In this document: one piece after another, positions 28,708 to 38,172 of the stretch | Numbering within the stretch: the first letter of the stretch is position 1 | Layout of the letters: every line of letters starts with the position of its first letter | Sequence record: OQ411014.1 | Length of the DNA: 64,000 nucleotides | Reading direction: 5' to 3' (one strand) | The notes under the pieces: model-generated | Databases searched by the model: none | Seen by the model: only the letters and a program-made list of their open reading frames with translations | What the model was told of the DNA's origin: nothing | Translations under genes and position numbers: made by a program

Positions 28708-29210
28708 TACGGATAACACCTATGTTGAATGTCTTTGATAAACAGAACCTGATCCACTCGAAAATGTAGAGGGCAGATGAGTAGAACATTCACTACGAAG
28801 TGCAAATGAAACCCGTCAGTAATAAAGCGTAAGTGCGGTCATACAAACGAGACGTAAGACACACGCGACACGGCAAAGCGGCACTATAAAAGCGATAAGA
28901 AAACATATTCGCTCTTGATAGACTTATGAGGCATACTCACCCAGTTGAAAGGGAGTCTCTTTACGGAGAGACAGCAGTATTTGTTGCTGAATTAGCAAGT
29001 ACTGTAAGCGTGTGAGGAACACGACCGTTGTATGCAGACTGTAGTAGCTGGAAACAGGACAACCCGCCAGCGTTGCTACTTTTATTTGTACGGGAAAGAT
29101 CCGTCCAAAAAGTAGTGAATCTACAAATTCAGATTGGTAAGACTACCAGCGTCAGGATATTCCTGATTTTTTTTCGGCCCTCCCTTGTGGGGGGATGGAA
29201 TTGGATCAAC
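28708..29210 (+). ncRNA. Candidate large structured non-coding RNA (about 500 nt), family unassigned
   Basis: ORF-free and GC-richer; own promoter; more than 10 hairpins including a UACG tetraloop and a possible GAAA tetraloop; G-U pairs favour the + strand; long-range TGATCCA/TGGATCA pairing. Confidence 0.6.
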
Positions 29211-29237
29211 AAACCTCGTCAAGTATAATATGAATAG

Positions 29238-29332
29238 TATTAGTACTTAATAATTCAAATGAATTGAGAGATATGAGATGAGCGATAGCGAAATCGAATA
29301 TGTCTCAATTCTTGGCTTACGCAGTAAGCCAA
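29238..29332. repeat. Cluster of short palindromes/hairpins
   Basis: GAATTGAGA.ATAT/ATAT.TCTCAATTC enclosing GAGCGATAGCGA; TTGGCTTAC-GCA-GTAAGCCAA. Confidence 0.6.
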
Positions 29333-29354
29333 CGAAACATTACAGGAGCTTATC

Positions 29355-29765
29355 ATGAGTCAGTTAGAACCAATTGTAGGATCTTATAATATTTTCTTCA
29401 AAGATACCAATGTAACACCAAGCAGTTCATATAACCAAAATACACGTGTAAGTACTTACACAATTGAGCATTTAAGTACTGGCAAGAATTTCAGTACTGA
29501 ATACGGGAAGTACGTCCAGAAGAACTCCGATTGTTTTCAGCTATTTCGTAACTCCCCACGTCAAGATATTTTACTAATCACAAACGAAGTGGAGTTCCGT
29601 CAAAGATCTCTTGATTTCCCTAATGCAGTTCATTATACTATTAGTGATATCGACTTCATCAAAGTACTTGTTCATTACGACGAAGTATCAAAGGTAAGTA
29701 CTTTTGAGGATTTGTCTTTTGATGAAGTAATTGCACTCAAGGATAAACTATATGAAAGCAAGTGA
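29355..29765 (+). CDS. Hypothetical protein
   Basis: 136 aa, SD AGGAG. Confidence 0.7.
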   Translation: MSQLEPIVGSYNIFFKDTNVTPSSSYNQNTRVSTYTIEHLSTGKNFSTEYGKYVQKNSDCFQLFRNSPRQDILLITNEVEFRQRSLDFPNAVHYTISDIDFIKVLVHYDEVSKVSTFEDLSFDEVIALKDKLYESK

Positions 29766-30291
29766 ACTAGCTGCGATTCTACTCAAGAATCCAGATATGG
29801 AAGTATATACGGAGAATCATCATTATGACAGTTATGATAATGACTCTTATTTCACTACAGAAAAAGTAGATTCAGTAGTACTGTCACCTGATGGTCTTTT
29901 CTTGAATTTCAAAACTATTGACACGGATACTGCACTGAAGACTCCAATGAGTAAACCGAAGTTGCATACGTTCCGTATAAAACTAAAAGATGGTGAGTAC
30001 TTTAGGATTCCAGAGAGTTACCACACTCTCAGTACTTTGATTGATTTCGAAGTTGAAGGTCATATGGTATTTTATGTGTCATGGCATGATGACTGGTGGA
30101 TTTTAGCACCTGAAGATACAGAAGATGAGTTCGTAAAAGAAAAAATATCTTATTCTTCATCTACACATTACACTCCAGATGATGTAGAATGTGTTCAGAT
30201 AATTACTGCACTAGATGATAAGTGGGAACCAATCTACACTGACTTCACTTTGCAAGATGCCATTGAATTTGCCAATAGGAATACTAAATGA
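29752..30291 (+). CDS. Hypothetical protein, tandem paralog 1
   Basis: Start moved to ATG 29752; MKASEL..LLKNPDMEVY; similar to the next gene. Confidence 0.7.
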   Translation: MKASELAAILLKNPDMEVYTENHHYDSYDNDSYFTTEKVDSVVLSPDGLFLNFKTIDTDTALKTPMSKPKLHTFRIKLKDGEYFRIPESYHTLSTLIDFEVEGHMVFYVSWHDDWWILAPEDTEDEFVKEKISYSSSTHYTPDDVECVQIITALDDKWEPIYTDFTLQDAIEFANRNTK

Positions 30292-30782
30292 AAGCTAAAG
30301 ACCTAATCGATTTACTAAAAAATGATCCAGAACAAGAACTATACGTGCAGCTTTCCCGAACAACTTCATGGGATGAAGATTACTGTACTGCTCATGTAGT
30401 GACTGATATTGAGATGACTCCATCTGGTATTTTCATTGAGTATGACTATCATAGTGCTAAGTCTGTAAAGATGCCAGCAGATGCACCATATGTCGGAGCT
30501 TTCCGTATCTTCCTGAAAAATGGTGAAGAATTCATTCCTAATGAAGTAGAAGATTTCTGGCCTAGTATTTTTGATTTTGGTTACTACGCATCATACAAAA
30601 CTGACAACGAATGTGTTGTACTGGAGTATAGTGAAGAATGTCAATACAATCCTGATAAAGTTGTCAGTACTGTAGATGATGTAGATCGTGTTGAAGTTGT
30701 AACTAGCGTTCAAGGATGGAAAACAGAATGGACATCTATGACGTTCCAGGAAGCATTCGAGTTTATGACGAATCTAGAGTAA
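30288..30782 (+). CDS. Hypothetical protein, tandem paralog 2
   Basis: MKAKDL..LLKNDPEQELY; shares F.I.LK.GE.F and DDV..V...T. Confidence 0.7.
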   Translation: MKAKDLIDLLKNDPEQELYVQLSRTTSWDEDYCTAHVVTDIEMTPSGIFIEYDYHSAKSVKMPADAPYVGAFRIFLKNGEEFIPNEVEDFWPSIFDFGYYASYKTDNECVVLEYSEECQYNPDKVVSTVDDVDRVEVVTSVQGWKTEWTSMTFQEAFEFMTNLE

Positions 30783-31144
30783 ATCCGTTCGTACTAGAAG
30801 ATATGCTGTGTAAGTACTTTGAATTCAACATGTACAATAAAGAAAAATTGGCCCCTTGGGACGAAAGATGTTTGTTCGAAATATTGAGGCATAATTTTGA
30901 AGATGAACGCAGTCTATATGATACAGTACTGAAGTTAGTTGATATACTTAGTTCTACATTTGACGAACAGGTATTTGTGGCTTCATACCCAAGTAATTAT
31001 AGTGCTGTAGTTCATCCAAATGTTGTTTACCTTGATGAATTTGCATTCGGAAGAACATATCCAGAATGCAAAATTATCATTGCGTTCAACTATATGAATG
31101 TTGATGTTTCTTATAATGGTGTCCTTAGATATATAGTAAGATGA
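30716..31144 (+). CDS. Hypothetical protein (start uncertain)
   Basis: ORF fills the gap but overlaps the previous gene. Confidence 0.55.
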   Translation: MENRMDIYDVPGSIRVYDESRVNPFVLEDMLCKYFEFNMYNKEKLAPWDERCLFEILRHNFEDERSLYDTVLKLVDILSSTFDEQVFVASYPSNYSAVVHPNVVYLDEFAFGRTYPECKIIIAFNYMNVDVSYNGVLRYIVR

Positions 31145-31178
31145 TAAATATTCTATATCATTATATGAGGATTATTTT

Positions 31179-31625
31179 ATGAGCGATTTTGATGCAGCAG
31201 TAGATATGCGTAACATACTGGATTACATGGATGATACAGTACAAGAGAACGGTTCTTCTGAACTACTTGAGTTCGTTGAGGATTGTATCTTTTTGGAATC
31301 ATTGAGTCACCACTGGCACTTACAGTGTAAGATTTATTCCAAACATATGGAACTCGATGAACTATACAAAGAAATTGGTGAATACGTTGATTCCTTCATT
31401 GAAGGACTAATGAGTACTCGTGGTGTTCTACCTATGGTATCGGAGAAGCAATACTTCTTCGTAGGATTAGATCAATGTATTCCAGTACTGGAACAGTACG
31501 TACAACAAGCTAAAGTCATCCATGAGATGTTAGCTGCTGAAGATGATTTCGGTTCAGTGAATAGTATTGAAGACATTATTAGTTTTCTAGAACGTACTCT
31601 TTACAAACTGAAGTGTCTAGACTAA
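31179..31625 (+). CDS. Ferritin/Dps-like four-helix-bundle protein
   Basis: SHHWHL...KHMELDELY...DSFIEG, C-terminal IEDI...LYKL; TAAATA at 31145. Confidence 0.6.
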   Translation: MSDFDAAVDMRNILDYMDDTVQENGSSELLEFVEDCIFLESLSHHWHLQCKIYSKHMELDELYKEIGEYVDSFIEGLMSTRGVLPMVSEKQYFFVGLDQCIPVLEQYVQQAKVIHEMLAAEDDFGSVNSIEDIISFLERTLYKLKCLD

Positions 31626-31630
31626 AATAC

Positions 31631-31655
31631 AAAGGACGCACAATGCGTCCTTTTT
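31631..31655 (+). terminator. Rho-independent terminator (possibly bidirectional)
   Basis: AAAGGACGCA-caa-TGCGTCCTTT plus T. Confidence 0.85.
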
Positions 31656-31672
31656 CTATATGAGGATTTTAT

Positions 31673-32020
31673 ATGAGTGAAACACGTGTAATCTATGGCT
31701 TGATTGCAGAACTAAATTCACCTGTTGATTACGATGAAGAGATTGACCGCATCTCTGACAGTACTCTAAGTCTGAACTACAATGGTACATTAGTGTATAT
31801 GGTTCAAGAAGAACTAGAGTCATATGAATTTGGTTTGCTAATTTCTACTAAGCAATATGGCGATAAAGACAAGTTCCTTGCACTATGCAAAGAAGCAAAT
31901 CTTGATGTCAATCCTGACAGTACTGACATTTTCTGCGTACAATGGTATGACGGGGTAGATTGTCCTTTGGATTGTACCAGCATTGAAGAATATAGAGCGT
32001 ATCGTACCGGTGCTAAATAG
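31673..32020 (+). CDS. Hypothetical protein
   Basis: 115 aa, SD GAGG. Confidence 0.7.
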   Translation: MSETRVIYGLIAELNSPVDYDEEIDRISDSTLSLNYNGTLVYMVQEELESYEFGLLISTKQYGDKDKFLALCKEANLDVNPDSTDIFCVQWYDGVDCPLDCTSIEEYRAYRTGAK

Positions 32021-32056
32021 TATTATATCAATACTACTCTATAAGGAGATAATAAA

Positions 32057-32281
32057 ATGCAAGCTAACGATTTGTCTGGTAAAATTGTCACTGAAGGTGA
32101 CGTAGTAGCTTATGGACATGACAATGGAAGTACTTTAGAACTAGGTAAAGTATATAAGATTACGCCTAAGAAAGTTTGGATGTATCCTATTCAGGATGGT
32201 GTAGTACAGTTCCTGTGCAAACAGTGCCGTGATTGGAGGCGAGTGGTAAAGGTTGAGAATTTCTATAATCGAGATAAATGA
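32057..32281 (+). CDS. Small hypothetical protein (SH3/KOW-like beta pattern)
   Basis: GDVVAY...LGKVYKITPKKVW. Confidence 0.65.
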   Translation: MQANDLSGKIVTEGDVVAYGHDNGSTLELGKVYKITPKKVWMYPIQDGVVQFLCKQCRDWRRVVKVENFYNRDK

Positions 32282-32516
32282 GATTTATGAAGAATACCGA
32301 GACGTGTGGCGTAATGCTGATTACAGTATAGTACGCCGCAAACGTCTACTGGAATTATTTGATAAGGGTCTTGTAATTGTGGTGAACACGAAGCATTGTC
32401 CACAACTAAAACAGGATGCGGATTTGAAAAAGTTGCTCAAGGATGGTAAACTAGAACAGTTCAATATCAGAGAGAGTAAGAATTTCAAGAGGACATATCT
32501 AAGAAGGAAGCCATGA
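32253..32516 (+). CDS. Basic hypothetical protein (start uncertain)
   Basis: TTG-start ORF filling the gap to tk. Confidence 0.5.
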   Translation: MRISIIEINEIYEEYRDVWRNADYSIVRRKRLLELFDKGLVIVVNTKHCPQLKQDADLKKLLKDGKLEQFNIRESKNFKRTYLRRKP

Positions 32517-32517
32517 T

Positions 32518-33072
32518 ATGGCAAAACTACAATTTACATATGCAGCAATGAATTGCGGTAAAAGTACTGCACTATTACAAACAGCTTATAACCTAAGTAA
32601 TATTGGAAAGAAAGTACAATACTACACATCAGCACTTGATGACCGATATGGTTATGGTAAAATTACTTCCAGAATTGGTCTGTCCGAAGAAGCTATGGTC
32701 ATTCCTAAAGATGACTTTTCAGTACTGAATGATATCATTACTGATTACAATGAAGGTACTGAACCTTTTGCAATTTTCGTTGATGAATGTCAGTTCTTGA
32801 ATACAAATCAGATTGACAAATTGGCGTATATCGCTGATAATTGCAATGTAGCCGTATATTGTTATGGACTCAGGACTGATTACAGTGGTGTACTCTTTGA
32901 GGGTTCTAAACGTCTCTTTGAGTTAGCTGATGACTTACATGAGCTAAGTAACAACTGTCAATGTGGTGCTAAGGCTACGATGACAAAGCGACTAAATGAC
33001 AGTACTGAACAAGTACTGATTGGTGATAATGACATGTATCAATGCGTATGCAGAGCGTGTCACAAGAAATAA
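32518..33072 (+). CDS. tk: Thymidine kinase
   Basis: AMNCGKST, FVDECQF, YGLRTD, CQCG...CVCRAC. Confidence 0.95.
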   Translation: MAKLQFTYAAMNCGKSTALLQTAYNLSNIGKKVQYYTSALDDRYGYGKITSRIGLSEEAMVIPKDDFSVLNDIITDYNEGTEPFAIFVDECQFLNTNQIDKLAYIADNCNVAVYCYGLRTDYSGVLFEGSKRLFELADDLHELSNNCQCGAKATMTKRLNDSTEQVLIGDNDMYQCVCRACHKK

Positions 33073-33081
33073 GGACAACAT

Positions 33082-33330
33082 ATGATTAGTTACAAAGACA
33101 TTATCTTTGCAGTACTGAAGCGTTTCAAAAATGAAGTACTTGATGAGTTTGATGACCGTACTCTGTTCAAACTATTAGCGTACTGTACTGCTGCATTTGT
33201 AGTATTCTCTTTTGTACCAGGGTGGGCTATTGTTGTTGCACTTCTGATTGGTTGGGTTACTTACATCGTTGACCGTTCACAAGACGCAAAGACTTGGGCT
33301 GAACATGAAAAAGATGTTGACGAAGAATAA
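33082..33330 (+). CDS. Membrane protein
   Basis: Hydrophobic central segment. Confidence 0.65.
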   Translation: MISYKDIIFAVLKRFKNEVLDEFDDRTLFKLLAYCTAAFVVFSFVPGWAIVVALLIGWVTYIVDRSQDAKTWAEHEKDVDEE

Positions 33331-33346
33331 AAAATAACATACACTT

Positions 33347-33376
33347 AAAAGGTGCTACAGATGTAGTGCCTTTTTT
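33347..33376 (+). terminator. Rho-independent terminator
   Basis: AAAAGGTGCTACA-ga-TGTAGTGCCTTTT. Confidence 0.8.
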
Positions 33377-33390
33377 CTTAGGAGAGTACT

Positions 33391-33870
33391 ATGTGGTTAT
33401 TTCTATTTTGTTTGATAATGGCATTTGCAACAGTGCAATTGTTCTTTGAGATGGTACATTCTGGTGTATTCGGAGATAGATTGTACTTCAAGGTGAAGTT
33501 TATTGGATTTGATGTAAACACTGAGCGTTCACAGGTGATCCGTACATTAATAATGATGTATCATTCTGGTAAGTACAAAATTGAACTGAACAAGCAGACA
33601 TTATATTTCATCCAAGAAGGCGAGAACAGTACTGAATACATTGTGGAGTGCTTACATGTAAGTGATGTGAATTCATATAAGTACGGACGTTTTGCTGGTA
33701 TTACTAGTACTACAATGGATAACCGAGGCATAATTGATTTCGACACTCGGATGATGTTGTATGATATTGTTGCTGAAGCAAAAGAGCCTGAACCACCAGC
33801 AGATGTTCCAACTTACCAGTACTCAAACTTGAAAGGTTTCTTTGCCCCTAAACAGGATATCGAATTATGA
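33391..33870 (+). CDS. Membrane-anchored hypothetical protein
   Basis: N-terminal TM helix. Confidence 0.68.
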   Translation: MWLFLFCLIMAFATVQLFFEMVHSGVFGDRLYFKVKFIGFDVNTERSQVIRTLIMMYHSGKYKIELNKQTLYFIQEGENSTEYIVECLHVSDVNSYKYGRFAGITSTTMDNRGIIDFDTRMMLYDIVAEAKEPEPPADVPTYQYSNLKGFFAPKQDIEL

Positions 33871-34538
33871 TTATTGAATATGTAATTGCAATGTGTACTG
33901 CGAGTGCTGTAGCACCGTTGGGTTCTTATATTCTGTACCAGAATCGTGAAGTTATTTCGCGTAAACTGGGTAAACTCTTCGGTACTAAAAAGCTGATTGA
34001 CTGCTTAGATGAGAATCAAACTCATCTTATTGAACTGGCAGAAGATGGTATCATTCTTGAAAAAGTACCTGATATTTTTTCTTATGATGAAGAGTACAGC
34101 TTGAGTCTACTTGAAAAGATTCACCCTGATGCATCTAAAGAGTACGACCGCCGAGCGAAGATGGCACGTATCAACCATGAAGCAGACTCGGTTGTGTATA
34201 CAACTCTAATGCAGATGCGGGAAGGGAGAGTTGAAGTTGCAGGTAAAGACAAGTACAATATGGTTTTCTCGAATGGATTATCAGTCTGGACTGAAAACCG
34301 ATATTTTGCTTTCGGACACTTGACCAAGAACGACGACAATCCTCGGTTCAATACTGTTAGATTCAACTGGGAATATGAGCGTTACTCTAAATTCACATTC
34401 ATGTGGCTGGTGGATGTTTATCTTGAACATTATGAGAATGAAGTATGGCGTGGTCGCCGTGCCATGTACTCACATGATGATATTCAAGATCAAGAACAAT
34501 CTGAAAAACTAAGATTCAAGAATGCAATCACATGGTAA
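33867..34538 (+). CDS. Membrane-anchored hypothetical protein
   Basis: N-terminal hydrophobic segment; ATGA overlap. Confidence 0.68.
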   Translation: MIIEYVIAMCTASAVAPLGSYILYQNREVISRKLGKLFGTKKLIDCLDENQTHLIELAEDGIILEKVPDIFSYDEEYSLSLLEKIHPDASKEYDRRAKMARINHEADSVVYTTLMQMREGRVEVAGKDKYNMVFSNGLSVWTENRYFAFGHLTKNDDNPRFNTVRFNWEYERYSKFTFMWLVDVYLEHYENEVWRGRRAMYSHDDIQDQEQSEKLRFKNAITW

Positions 34539-34598
34539 AAGAATATTATGATGCATGGATAACAGAGATTATGATATTCATGAATATTATAGACTCTG

Positions 34599-34784
34599 GT
34601 GTATTACAGTATGGTAATCCAAAAGCAACTCTTGAACTCTTACAGTACTGTCAAGAGGTTTGGTATCGCTGAGTTAGATGAAGAATATCATTACTTTCAA
34701 GGTGAATTACTAAAATACTTCAATGATTACAATAACTCTAGGTACGTTCCTAGATTATTTTTCTTTCATTCTGAGGATATGTAA
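34599..34784 (+). CDS. Small hypothetical protein (start uncertain)
   Basis: 61-aa ORF coupled to the next gene. Confidence 0.5.
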   Translation: MYYSMVIQKQLLNSYSTVKRFGIAELDEEYHYFQGELLKYFNDYNNSRYVPRLFFFHSEDM

Positions 34785-35233
34785 TGACGTTAGAAGAATT
34801 ACTAAGTACTCATAAGTACTACATTGATGATGATAATAAAAATATTTCGGCTATCATTTCTATGTTGAATACAAAGTACAACCTACATGGTAAGTCCCCT
34901 AAAGCTGACGAAATTTTGGAATCACCGAAGAAATTTTTGATGTACAATCCAAAAACAAAGTGCATTCGACTTGTTGACAAAAGTTACTTAGCACCAGAAA
35001 CAACATTTACGGATATCGTCCGTGTGTACACTGGATTGCCATTCACTATCAATCATTTATTCGTTGAGGTGTACAGTACTGGAAGTCCTAATTACTGGAA
35101 TTATGCAGTACATAAAGGTGATGTAACACGTTACTTCAAACTGACCAAACTCAATGCTTGGCTTGAAGAAGAATACGTTGATACATCTGAAATGATCAAA
35201 ATTGAAGATTCGTACATACAAAATGTGAGATAA
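34784..35233 (+). CDS. Hypothetical protein
   Basis: 149 aa; TAATG coupling. Confidence 0.68.
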   Translation: MTLEELLSTHKYYIDDDNKNISAIISMLNTKYNLHGKSPKADEILESPKKFLMYNPKTKCIRLVDKSYLAPETTFTDIVRVYTGLPFTINHLFVEVYSTGSPNYWNYAVHKGDVTRYFKLTKLNAWLEEEYVDTSEMIKIEDSYIQNVR

Positions 35234-35254
35234 CGTCACAAAATGTGATATAAT
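35225..35254 (+). promoter_or_regulatory. Early promoter (GTGAGA-N18-TATAAT)
   Basis: TGTGATATAAT extended -10. Confidence 0.65.
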
Positions 35255-35282
35255 GGAATAACACACTAAAGAAGGAAACTAT

Positions 35283-35426
35283 ATGAAACTACTCCGTAAT
35301 AGCTTATTTGCGTTTTACATGGATTATCAAATCTCGCTAAAACTAAATCCAGTACTGACAGTACTAGGAACAGCCACTGTTGCAGCTTTCACTGCATGGT
35401 TAGTTACACTGTTTTGTGCTCTATAA
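35283..35426 (+). CDS. 47-aa membrane peptide
   Basis: Below the ORF-track cutoff; SD AAGGA; MKLLRNSLFAFYMDYQISLKLNPVLTVLGTATVAAFTAWLVTLFCAL. Confidence 0.55.
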   Translation: MKLLRNSLFAFYMDYQISLKLNPVLTVLGTATVAAFTAWLVTLFCAL

Positions 35427-35441
35427 TCTTAGGATAACAAA

Positions 35442-36071
35442 ATGACAACTCACGTTAGGTATTATATTGCATATAATGGAAGACCAGTTCGTTCTATTGG
35501 ATTAGATCTTGAGCCAGTAATGTCTGTACAGACTAATCTATACTTCAGTACTGAAGAAGAAGCAGACTCTTTCATTATGACTAGGATTGCAACTGCGTCC
35601 ACTACACTTTATCATATTCATTTTGATTGTATTGATAAGTACTCAATCGTCAAAGAAATTGTTCAGTTGGAACCGTGCAGTACTAAAACTAATTATATGC
35701 GAAACTATACTCTAACTTGGTTGCGATTACTCGACCAGGATATCTGTACTGATTCTATGATTTCCACTACTATACGTGCGTTCGTCATGCGTGGGTTTAG
35801 TACATCAGGATTGGATTTAGAAGAAGTGAAAAACTTGATTTTGGGTAATCCAAAACTTCAAAAAACCATTGACAAACTTATTCCAAAGCATATAATCTCT
35901 AATATTGAAAATTACATGCAAGATGGTTTAGTCAATGCTCCGGTGGAAGAGCTTGAATTCTTGAATCTAACAATTTCAGATGAAATGAAATTTGATCTTG
36001 ACTTCGAAGAACTCTTCCCTTACAATAAGTTCAAACCAACAAAATGGGAAAATCATGGAACTAGTAACTGA
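35442..36071 (+). CDS. Hypothetical protein
   Basis: 209 aa, SD AGGA. Confidence 0.7.
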   Translation: MTTHVRYYIAYNGRPVRSIGLDLEPVMSVQTNLYFSTEEEADSFIMTRIATASTTLYHIHFDCIDKYSIVKEIVQLEPCSTKTNYMRNYTLTWLRLLDQDICTDSMISTTIRAFVMRGFSTSGLDLEEVKNLILGNPKLQKTIDKLIPKHIISNIENYMQDGLVNAPVEELEFLNLTISDEMKFDLDFEELFPYNKFKPTKWENHGTSN

Positions 36072-37308
36072 AGGTCGCAAACTCGTAACAATTCGTAAAA
36101 TCAATGCAATTGATGCAATTGAAGGTGCAGATCTGATTGTCAAAGCAACTGTTGACGGTTGGGATGTAGTTGTGAAGAAAGATGAATTCAACGTTGGGGA
36201 TTACTGTGTATTCTTCGAAATCGATTCATTCCTTCCAGTACAGACACCACAATTCGCATTCTTGGCGGGTTCAGGCTGTAAACTCGATGAACAGAATGTA
36301 GAACGTTTCCGTCTACGTACTCGTAAACTTCGCGGGGTAGTCTCTCAAGGCTTGGCTCTACCAGTATCTCTATTTGAGGCAGTACTGGAAGCTATTGACG
36401 AAGCTGGTGGTCATCACCCTGACTCGTACACTACAACGGCACGTGAAGAACTCCTAGTGAGTCTAGAGGCGAATCGTGAAGGCATTGAGCAATTCCTCAA
36501 TGTAACCAAATACGAGCGTCCTGATGAGCGTAATGGCGGTACTGGTGCATCTAAGTGCAAAGCTGCTGGTAACTTCCCTATCGTCATTCCTAAGACTGAT
36601 GAAGACCGTATTCAGAACGTAATGGGTAAGTACTCTCAGACTATGAAAGGTGTTGCATTCCGTAAATCACTGAAACTGGATGGTTCTAGCCAGACAATTG
36701 CATTCATTAGCAATCCTGATTTCTTTGTAGATAAAGTTGATGAAGAAGTCCGTGCATGGAATGAAGAGACTCAAGAACTTGAAGTTGTTGAAGTGAAGCC
36801 ATACCCGTTCCAATGGGAAGATGGTCAGGTAGCAGTATGTTCTCGCAATCTTGCGTTGAAATTTGATGCTGAATCTCACTTCTGGAAAGCAGCACTGAAA
36901 GATGATATTCCAGCACGTCTGAAAGAGTACTGTGTTCGTAATGACCGCCAACTAGCACTACAAGGCGAAGTAATGGGTCCTGGTATCCAAGGGAACCGTG
37001 AAGAACTGACCGAACATCAATTCTACGTATTCCGTATTTGGGATATTGATAATAAATGTTTCCTTGATGATGGTGATTTCTTGACACTATCTGCACTACT
37101 GGGATTGACTACAGTACCGCAAGGTGATATCGTGTACTTCTTCGATGAATACACTTCTATCAAAGAAGCATTGGCATCTGCTGACCACGCATCTATCAAG
37201 CATAAGATCGCGGAAGGCGATGTGTTCAAAAGTGTATCTAAAGTGAATGGTGTTACTGTACACTTCAAGGTAATCAACAACAAATTCTTGCTCAAATGTG
37301 AGGACTAA
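36055..37308 (+). CDS. ATP-dependent RNA ligase, DRB0094/Rnl2-like with N-terminal OB domain
   Basis: Start moved to ATG 36055; RKLVTIRKI..GAD, KLDGSS, LQGE..GPGIQGN, EGDVFK, FKVINNKFL. Confidence 0.88.
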   Translation: MELVTEGRKLVTIRKINAIDAIEGADLIVKATVDGWDVVVKKDEFNVGDYCVFFEIDSFLPVQTPQFAFLAGSGCKLDEQNVERFRLRTRKLRGVVSQGLALPVSLFEAVLEAIDEAGGHHPDSYTTTAREELLVSLEANREGIEQFLNVTKYERPDERNGGTGASKCKAAGNFPIVIPKTDEDRIQNVMGKYSQTMKGVAFRKSLKLDGSSQTIAFISNPDFFVDKVDEEVRAWNEETQELEVVEVKPYPFQWEDGQVAVCSRNLALKFDAESHFWKAALKDDIPARLKEYCVRNDRQLALQGEVMGPGIQGNREELTEHQFYVFRIWDIDNKCFLDDGDFLTLSALLGLTTVPQGDIVYFFDEYTSIKEALASADHASIKHKIAEGDVFKSVSKVNGVTVHFKVINNKFLLKCED

Positions 37309-37916
37309 TGAAGAAAAAATTCGGCGTGGCGATAAATGACGCCGACTATGCTGTAACATCATATGACGATGCTGGTAAACGCCAGCATTGTCCCTTTTAT
37401 CGAAGATGGGCGAGTATGATAAATCGATGTTATGGTGATGTTGGTGCAACATACACTGAATCCTATGTATGTGATGAATGGTTAACCTTCTCTAACTTTA
37501 AGAGATGGATGGAAACACAAAAATGGGAAGGTATGGAGTTGGACAAAGATTTACTTTATATCAACAATAAGGAATATGGCCCAAATACATGTTTATTTTT
37601 ACCAAAGGTTATTAATTCACTATTCGTTGATAGTAAATCGAGCCGTGGTACTAATCCGATTGGTGTATCTTTTGAAAAACGTCGATTGAAATATGAAGCA
37701 TATATATCAATTGATAATAAGAAAAAACATCTTGGATATTTTGATAACCCAATTGATGCACATGTAAAATGGCAACATGCAAAATTGAAAGTATTGGAAG
37801 ATTTCATGAAAACGTTATCTGACCCTATACATATACAAATTGTAGATTTGCGAATCAACAAGCTAAAGAATGATATACAATCAAATATCATAACCGAATC
37901 TTTACATCATTTCTAA
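37308..37916 (+). mobile_element. Free-standing HNH-type homing endonuclease-like gene with AP2 domain
   Basis: WASMINRC, VCDEWLTFSNF, LDKD, C-terminal GV...YEAYI..KKHLGYF..AH; atypical codon usage. Confidence 0.75.
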
Positions 37917-37928
37917 AAAGGAAATAAT

Positions 37929-38123
37929 ATGATCAAAAAACGTCTAACTGTATATTGCAGTGGTGCACCTAATTTCTTTATCTATGGTGTAACAAAAGAT
38001 AATGAAACGTACAGCCTTATTGATAACCAGTACTGGATTCGTGCATCAAATGATTTGACACCTGCTGAAATTTCAGTAATGACTGTAGTTGAATCTGACT
38101 GTATGTATAACGTTCAAGAGTAA
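37929..38123 (+). CDS. Small hypothetical protein
   Basis: 64 aa, SD AAGGA. Confidence 0.62.
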   Translation: MIKKRLTVYCSGAPNFFIYGVTKDNETYSLIDNQYWIRASNDLTPAEISVMTVVESDCMYNVQE

Positions 38124-38143
38124 ATAAAGTTGTATTGTTAGTA

Positions 38144-38172
38144 TTGACAATCAAACAGTTTCGAGATAGACT
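38144..38172 (+). promoter_or_regulatory. sigma70 promoter upstream of the lysozyme gene
   Basis: TTGACA-N17-TAGACT. Confidence 0.65.

Noticed and set aside
28708-29210. Group I intron, tmRNA or RNase P identity for the large RNA
   Set aside because: No interrupted host gene and no P7 partner for CAGACT; no tRNA-like ends or tag ORF; no GAGGAAAGUCC P4 motif.
29028-29228. 66-aa ORF inside the non-coding region
   Set aside because: TTG start without SD, atypical codons, and fully overlapping the hairpin-rich segment; the ncRNA is the better explanation.
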